This document shows positions 16,241 through 21,208 of a stretch of DNA of 21,208 nt, piece after piece. The notes beneath the pieces were generated by a model that was given only the letters and a program-made list of their open reading frames with translations, was not told the origin of the DNA and searched no databases. Positions within the stretch are counted from its first letter, which is position 1; every line of letters begins with the position of its first letter. Position numbers and translations under genes: made by a program. The DNA is from Promethearchaeota archaeon Loki_b31 (GTDB taxonomy: Archaea > Asgardarchaeota > Lokiarchaeia > Sigyniarchaeales > SOKP01), in NCBI GenBank assembly GCA_005222975.1, contig NJBI01000053.1:1-21208 (forward strand), given 5' to 3'.

Positions 16241-17421
16241 CCGAAGAATTCTTTGGATACCAAAGACCTAAAGGAAGGGTAGGCATTCGTAATAAAGTAG
16301 CTGTTATATCTTCAGTAGTATGCGTTAATCGCGTCACAAGACAAATTGCGAACCAAATTGAAAATGCGGTTGCTATAACGCACCCGCTAGGTTGCGGTCA
16401 ATTTGGTCCAGATTTTAATTATACAGTTCGAACTTTATCTGGTTTAGGAATAAACCCAAATATTTATGGGGTTATTGTAGTTGGTTTAGGTTGTGAGAAT
16501 ATCACCAGTAAATTATTGGCAAGAAAAATTAAACAATCAAAAAAACCAGTGGAATTTTTTGATGTCCAAGACATTCAAGGAGGAACAACCGCAGCAATTG
16601 AAAAAGGCATTAAAATTGGAAAAAAAATGTCAGAAGCTGCAAAAGAATTAAAACGTGAACTATTCGACTTCTCTCACCTCGTATTAGGTTTAGAATGTGG
16701 GAGTTCTGACTCAATATCTGGAATATCTGCAAATCCCTCTTTGGGAATTGTCTCTGATAAAGTCGTAAAATTAGGAGGCACATCTATTCTTCCTGAATTT
16801 ACAGAATGGATAGGTACAGAACATTTACTAATTGAAAGGGCAGTAAATAAAAACGTAGCTGAAAAAATCCATTCCACTTTAAATCGATTTCTAGAAGGAA
16901 CTAAAAGACTCGGAATAGATTTCCGAGGAATTCAACCAACACCGGGAAATATAAAAGGTGGACTGACTACAATCGAGGAAAAATCATTAGGCACCATCGC
17001 CAAAGCAGGAAATGCACCTATCCAAGGATTATTAGAATATTCAGAGCAACCAAAAGGAAGGGGTTTGTGGTTGATGATTGAACCAGGATTAGATATAGAA
17101 TCAATGACGGGGCTTGCTGCTGCGGGAGCACAGGTAATTATCATGACAACAGGTCGAGGAAGTCCATGTGGGAATCCAGTTGCCCCTGTAATCAAAGTTT
17201 GTGGGAATAAGCGAAGTTGTGAATGGATGGCAGGTAATATCGATATTGATGCAAGTAAGATTTTTACGGAAAATAAAAAAATTGAGGATATCGCTAAAGT
17301 ACTATGGACTAAACTAAAATCAACCTGCAATGGGGAAAAAACTTACGCTGAAATTCTAGGTTTTGAAGATTTGGCAATTTTGAGAGCAAATACAATCCTT
17401 TCAACAATGTATCAGCTATAG
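16237..17421 (+). CDS. UxaA/SuyB family large subunit (altronate/galactarate dehydratase or sulfolactate sulfo-lyase beta-like), 394 aa; non-canonical ATA start
   Basis: The frame of 16516..17421 stays open for 93 codons upstream and encodes the conserved N-terminus FFGYQRPKGRVGIRN...SSVVC...HPLGCGQ...NPN...VGLGCE. Downstream motifs are LECGSSD, PGNIKGGLTTIEEKSLG and TTGRGSP. An in-frame TAA lies at 16231-16233. Confidence 0.88.
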   Translation: MTEEFFGYQRPKGRVGIRNKVAVISSVVCVNRVTRQIANQIENAVAITHPLGCGQFGPDFNYTVRTLSGLGINPNIYGVIVVGLGCENITSKLLARKIKQSKKPVEFFDVQDIQGGTTAAIEKGIKIGKKMSEAAKELKRELFDFSHLVLGLECGSSDSISGISANPSLGIVSDKVVKLGGTSILPEFTEWIGTEHLLIERAVNKNVAEKIHSTLNRFLEGTKRLGIDFRGIQPTPGNIKGGLTTIEEKSLGTIAKAGNAPIQGLLEYSEQPKGRGLWLMIEPGLDIESMTGLAAAGAQVIIMTTGRGSPCGNPVAPVIKVCGNKRSCEWMAGNIDIDASKIFTENKKIEDIAKVLWTKLKSTCNGEKTYAEILGFEDLAILRANTILSTMYQL

Positions 17422-17572
17422 GTTTTGCACAGAACTAATAATCCTTTTTAAACTTAACATAAAATGCATTTAGATTTTTATGAGCTACGATTTTCAAGTC
17501 GAAAATAAGTAAGTTTTTTTTGTAAAGAAAATTTTCCAAAAAAGTTTATAACAATATCTTTTTTCTGATTAT

Positions 17573-18202
17573 TTGGTGATTTTGATAATAATAAATAAAT
17601 ATCTCTCAGAAAAAGAACTTTCACTAATTTTTAACTTGTTAAAACATCCATTGCGGAGAGGGATTCTTAAACAATTATCTAAAAGTCCACAAGCTTACTC
17701 ACAGATTTTGAAAAATCTTAATATTCCGGAAAGTAGTATTTTAAACTATCATTTAAGAGAAATGGACGATTTACTGATTAAAAAAGATGTTAATGGAAAA
17801 TATATATTAAATGAAATCGGTGAAATTTGTTTGCAACTTATACTTAGAGTCAAGGAAAAAGAGGATGTTCGTAGTTTCAATAAACTTCAGCTATTGATAG
17901 AAAATTTAAAATCAATAATATTTTTGTTTCAAATAATATTCTTGCCACTCGTAGTTTTTTTAGCATTAGAACTTTACTTGTTAAATATTATTAATTTTTC
18001 ATCTATTCTTGGAATGTTTGCTTCAGGTGCGACTTTTAGTATATTAATATCAACTGGTGTTTTAAATAAAAAAAAAGAATCTGAGAGCATATCGGTGGAT
18101 AAATTTGGAAAGAAAGAGAAATTTGGGATGTTTTCCGTGCTATTTACTATTTGGATACTTACTTCAATAATAGTTAGTTTATTATTTTATTATTTTAATT
18201 AG
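17573..18202 (+). CDS. Winged-helix (ArsR-like) DNA-binding protein with C-terminal transmembrane helices
   Basis: LKHPLRRGILKQL...YSQIL...SSILNYHLREM...GKYILNEIGE wHTH pattern, followed by about three hydrophobic segments. Start codon uncertain. Confidence 0.75.
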   Translation: MVILIIINKYLSEKELSLIFNLLKHPLRRGILKQLSKSPQAYSQILKNLNIPESSILNYHLREMDDLLIKKDVNGKYILNEIGEICLQLILRVKEKEDVRSFNKLQLLIENLKSIIFLFQIIFLPLVVFLALELYLLNIINFSSILGMFASGATFSILISTGVLNKKKESESISVDKFGKKEKFGMFSVLFTIWILTSIIVSLLFYYFN

Positions 18203-18317
18203 CTATTTGTTATATTGCGATATAGGATTATTAAATCAAACCAATTTTATATTACTTTAAATGTTGATATTGAATCACTGAATTTTGCACCCAAACAAAA
18301 ATAATCTTATTCTAAAA

Positions 18318-19622
18318 TTAAATGAATGGGTTCTTATCTCTGAATATTTTATCTTTATATTCTTTTAACGAAGGAGGACAAAGCTCTTTTTCAGTAGCTT
18401 CTTTTTTAAGTGTTTTCATGATTTCTGCTAAATCAACTCCCACAGGACACCAATTCGTACAATTTTCGCAACCTGTACATAAAAATAAACCATCTTTAAC
18501 AGCAGCTTCGATTCCATTATGAATATAATCTCGAACAATATTTATTGCTCCAATGCCGTATTTTGATGCATATATATTACCAAATGCTCGAGAAGCTGTG
18601 CATACATAATCACAACTTTTACATGCGATACATTTTAAAATATCTTTTAAAAAAAGATTTTCTTTTGCTGCTTTAATTCTCCAGTCATCTACAAATATTA
18701 TAACTACTTCTTTCGCACCATACATCCCAAATACGCGTTTTCCTTGAATATCAGAAGTATTTGATGCCGCGGATATAAAACTAATATAAGCTCCATCTAC
18801 ACTATTTATTCTCTCATGTATTTTAGCTACAATTAGAGCATCAAAAACATTTGGAACGATTTTTTGTATTCCTACTACAACGATGTGTTTCTCAGTCGCC
18901 CTAGTTAACAGACTAATATTTCCCTCGTTCTCAACTAAAATAATGGAACCATCGTTAGCAGCAATTGCATTTGCCGATGTAAGAGAAACTTTAACATCGT
19001 TAAGTAATTCGGGACGATAATTCTTCCGGTAATAAGCTACTATTGCTTCTGCTTTCGCGTCTACATCTATTCCATATTTTTCCTTCATTTTTGCGACGAT
19101 TTCTTTTTCAGTAAATTGAACTCCAGGAGCTAAGGTGAAACTTGGATGTTTATAATCAAATAGTTGACATAGAACGTCGCCTAAATCCGTTTCTTTAATT
19201 TCTATATTATTTTTCTTTAAAACATCAATTATTCCTATATCCTTTGCTTCCAAAGATTTTGATTTGTATAAAACTTTATTATCTCCTAACTCTTCCATAA
19301 AGATTTTTTGGGCTTCTTCGTTTGTTTTGGTGTAATAAACCTTAAATTTATTAGTCTTACGCATCACCTCTATGCATTTTTTTACATATTCCTCAATATT
19401 TTCAACGAAATCTTCGCGTATTTTGGTAAGATGTTCTTTGTGTTCTTCAACAAATTCTCTACTAGTATCTTCGTAAAAATATCGTAAATCGAAGGAACGA
19501 TACTTACCTAAGCTTGCTAACTTCCAAATATCTCTAAACTTGCTGTAAACTGAGTCTTTATCGTTTAATTGTTCTATTTTTTCTTTTACTTCTTCATATA
19601 GCTCATTTCCTTTCTTACTCAT
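18318..19622 (-). CDS. LUD-domain/4Fe-4S protein (LutB/LldF-like lactate-utilisation type)
   Basis: KSKS, ETDLGD, LVENEGNI, HIVVVGIQKIVP and YGAKEV motifs, with C-terminal CIACKSC...C and CTGCENCTNWCPVG. Confidence 0.88.
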   Translation of the reverse strand: MSKKGNELYEEVKEKIEQLNDKDSVYSKFRDIWKLASLGKYRSFDLRYFYEDTSREFVEEHKEHLTKIREDFVENIEEYVKKCIEVMRKTNKFKVYYTKTNEEAQKIFMEELGDNKVLYKSKSLEAKDIGIIDVLKKNNIEIKETDLGDVLCQLFDYKHPSFTLAPGVQFTEKEIVAKMKEKYGIDVDAKAEAIVAYYRKNYRPELLNDVKVSLTSANAIAANDGSIILVENEGNISLLTRATEKHIVVVGIQKIVPNVFDALIVAKIHERINSVDGAYISFISAASNTSDIQGKRVFGMYGAKEVVIIFVDDWRIKAAKENLFLKDILKCIACKSCDYVCTASRAFGNIYASKYGIGAINIVRDYIHNGIEAAVKDGLFLCTGCENCTNWCPVGVDLAEIMKTLKKEATEKELCPPSLKEYKDKIFRDKNPFI

Positions 19623-20356
19623 ATTAAGGGGTCCTCCTGGTTCATTACTTTGATTATAAAATCCTCAAATTTAATTACGGGTTTCCTAATATTATTTTCT
19701 TCTCGTATTCTATATAAAGCGGTATAACAGAATGGACAAGCTGTTAACAAAGCTTTTCCTTTCCTCATTTGATTGAAAATAGATTTAGCGTTGTAATCGC
19801 TATTTTCTTTAAAAATGGCATAGACACCTCCACCAGCCCCACAACAAATGCTATTAATTTTAGTATTTTCCATTTCAAATAATTCTATATTTTCAATTGA
19901 GTTGATGATTTCTCTTGGTTCTTCGATGACTGGTGGAATCGCGTTTCGTAGATGACAAGCATCGTGATAATTGACAGTTAATTTTTTTCCAGAATGCTTT
20001 AAATTCAACTTCTTTAAATTCTCAGGTATAGCCATAAATTGTAAAAGGTGTTTAACTTCGATGTTGAAATCAGAGCCTAAATATTGTTTATAATATCGAG
20101 TTAAGTAATTATAACAACCTGCGCAAATCGTAACAATTTTAGAAACATCATTTGATTTAAACCAATTATTCACAAATTCTACATGTTTCTTTAATTCTTC
20201 GTCGCTGGAAATGTGATAAGATAACGCGCCGCAACAAGGGACATCATCAAGGATTTCGTATTCATCGTCAAGGAATTTAATGATCTTTATTCCATTTTCG
20301 CAAGTTTCTTTATATTTTGAGCTTGATAAACACCCTAAATAAATTAACTTTCTCAT
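19619..20356 (-). CDS. CCG-domain Fe-S oxidoreductase (LutA/GlpC/HdrB-like)
   Basis: YLGC, CCGA, TICAGC, YHDACHL, CCGAGGG and TACPFC motifs. ATGA overlap with the downstream LUD gene. Confidence 0.9.
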   Translation of the reverse strand: MRKLIYLGCLSSSKYKETCENGIKIIKFLDDEYEILDDVPCCGALSYHISSDEELKKHVEFVNNWFKSNDVSKIVTICAGCYNYLTRYYKQYLGSDFNIEVKHLLQFMAIPENLKKLNLKHSGKKLTVNYHDACHLRNAIPPVIEEPREIINSIENIELFEMENTKINSICCGAGGGVYAIFKENSDYNAKSIFNQMRKGKALLTACPFCYTALYRIREENNIRKPVIKFEDFIIKVMNQEDPLI

Positions 20357-20512
20357 AATTTAATTAACTTTTTAGTTTTAATTAAGATTTGATGTTATTT
20401 TATTTAAGAATAATTGTAGAAAGACTTAAAATAAATTAAATTGAAATTTATAACGATAAAAATATTTAAATAAAATATCAGATAAAAACTGAGTTGGTCT
20501 AAAATTCCAAAA

Positions 20513-20782
20513 TTGTTAGAGAACAAAGAGAAGAATTTTTCATTATTCCTCAATAAAAATAGGTGTGGCGGTTGTCAAGTCTGTGTCTATTTGTGCCCAA
20601 CGGGTATTTTAGAGATGGGGGATGAGTTAAATATGAGAATTGCATATATTCCACGAGTTAAAGAGGGGAAAGCAAAATATTGTACAGCGTGTAAGCGATG
20701 CGAATATGGATGTCCAGATTGGTGTATATACATTTTGCAAGAATCAGAAAATGAAAATGTGGCTAATAAAGCCAAAGTATAA
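20513..20782 (+). CDS. 2x[4Fe-4S] ferredoxin, delta subunit of 2-oxoacid:ferredoxin oxidoreductase
   Basis: CGGCQVCVYLCP and CTACKRCEYGCPD motifs; immediately upstream of the alpha subunit. Confidence 0.88.
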   Translation: MLENKEKNFSLFLNKNRCGGCQVCVYLCPTGILEMGDELNMRIAYIPRVKEGKAKYCTACKRCEYGCPDWCIYILQESENENVANKAKV

Positions 20783-20797
20783 CAAGGTGAAAAAAAA

Positions 20798-21208
20798 ATG
20801 GATATAGAAAATAGTAAAAGATTCTTACCAGAAGGTAAACATCTAATGATGGGAAATATAGCGATGTCCGAAGGCGCTATAGCTGCTGGATTGAAATTCT
20901 TTGGAGGTTACCCTATCACGCCAAGTACGGAAGTTATTGAACACCTTTCTGTTAGATTGCCACAAATTGGAGGTGTTTGTATGCAAATGGAGGACGAAAT
21001 AGCATCTATTAATTCTGTAATCGGGGCTTCTTTAGTCGGTGCTAAGGCTATGACAGCAACTTCTGGTCCTGGTCTTTCTTTAATGACCGAAACTATCTCT
21101 ATGGCAGCAAATCTAGAAATCCCGTTTGTTTTTTGTGATGTACAGCGTAATGGTCCCGGGACGGGATATGTAACAGAACCGCATCATAATGATCTAGGGT
21201 TAATGCGC
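20798..21208 (+). CDS. 2-oxoacid:ferredoxin oxidoreductase alpha subunit (KorA/VorA-like), 3' truncated by window edge
   Basis: Absent from the ORF track. Manual translation gives MDIENSKRFLPEGKHLMMGNIAMSEGAIAAGLKFFGGYPITPSTE...MQMEDEIAS...TATSGPGLSLM...DVQRNGPGTG. SD AAGGTGA is at 20784-20790. Confidence 0.93.
   Translation, partial: MDIENSKRFLPEGKHLMMGNIAMSEGAIAAGLKFFGGYPITPSTEVIEHLSVRLPQIGGVCMQMEDEIASINSVIGASLVGAKAMTATSGPGLSLMTETISMAANLEIPFVFCDVQRNGPGTGYVTEPHHNDLGLMR

Noticed and set aside
725-20775. Small overlapping ORFs 725..910, 7266..7460, 13230..13577, 15129..15314, 16674..16877, 16932..17330, 18322..18522 and 20587..20775
   Set aside because: All lie within well-supported genes on the opposite strand or in another frame and lack family features.
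1-21208. Genome-wide TGA reassignment (Trp/Gly code)
   Set aside because: Other long genes have no internal TGA, Trp is encoded by TGG, and TGA terminates pyrF (6096-6094), ridA (12626-12628) and the CCG gene (19621-19619) at expected family lengths.
1-21208. CRISPR array, tRNA (including tRNA-Sec) or rRNA
   Set aside because: No regularly spaced repeats or cloverleaf-like GC-rich segments were found in the intergenic regions.

Overview
AT-rich archaeal window, most likely from an Asgard (Lokiarchaeia-like) genome. This is inferred from the gene content, GAGGTG/GGAGGTG ribosome-binding sites and the SECIS type. The main hidden system is a selenoprotein operon that the ORF track splits into fragments. 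It encodes one 657-aa HdrA (5449-3476, minus) with two in-frame TGA codons and one 157-aa MvhD/VhuD (3462-2989, minus) with two more. All four TGAs fall at conserved Cys positions. About 10 nt after the mvhD stop lies a eukaryote-type SECIS (AUGA...GA core, perfect 8-bp helix, A-rich loop) with an extra side hairpin. Other highlights are a 1088-aa nuclease-NACHT-helical-repeat protein (NLR-like, probably antiviral) between pyrF and hisS, a UxaA/SuyB-family large subunit whose conserved N-terminus can only start at an ATA codon, and a SNAP/TPR-like plus Ig-like hypothetical protein. The rest is housekeeping or anaerobic metabolism: Xaa-Pro peptidase, pyrF, hisS, RidA, a fold-III PLP enzyme, AOR, LutA/LutB-like Fe-S proteins, and 2-oxoacid:ferredoxin oxidoreductase delta and alpha (alpha truncated by the window edge).
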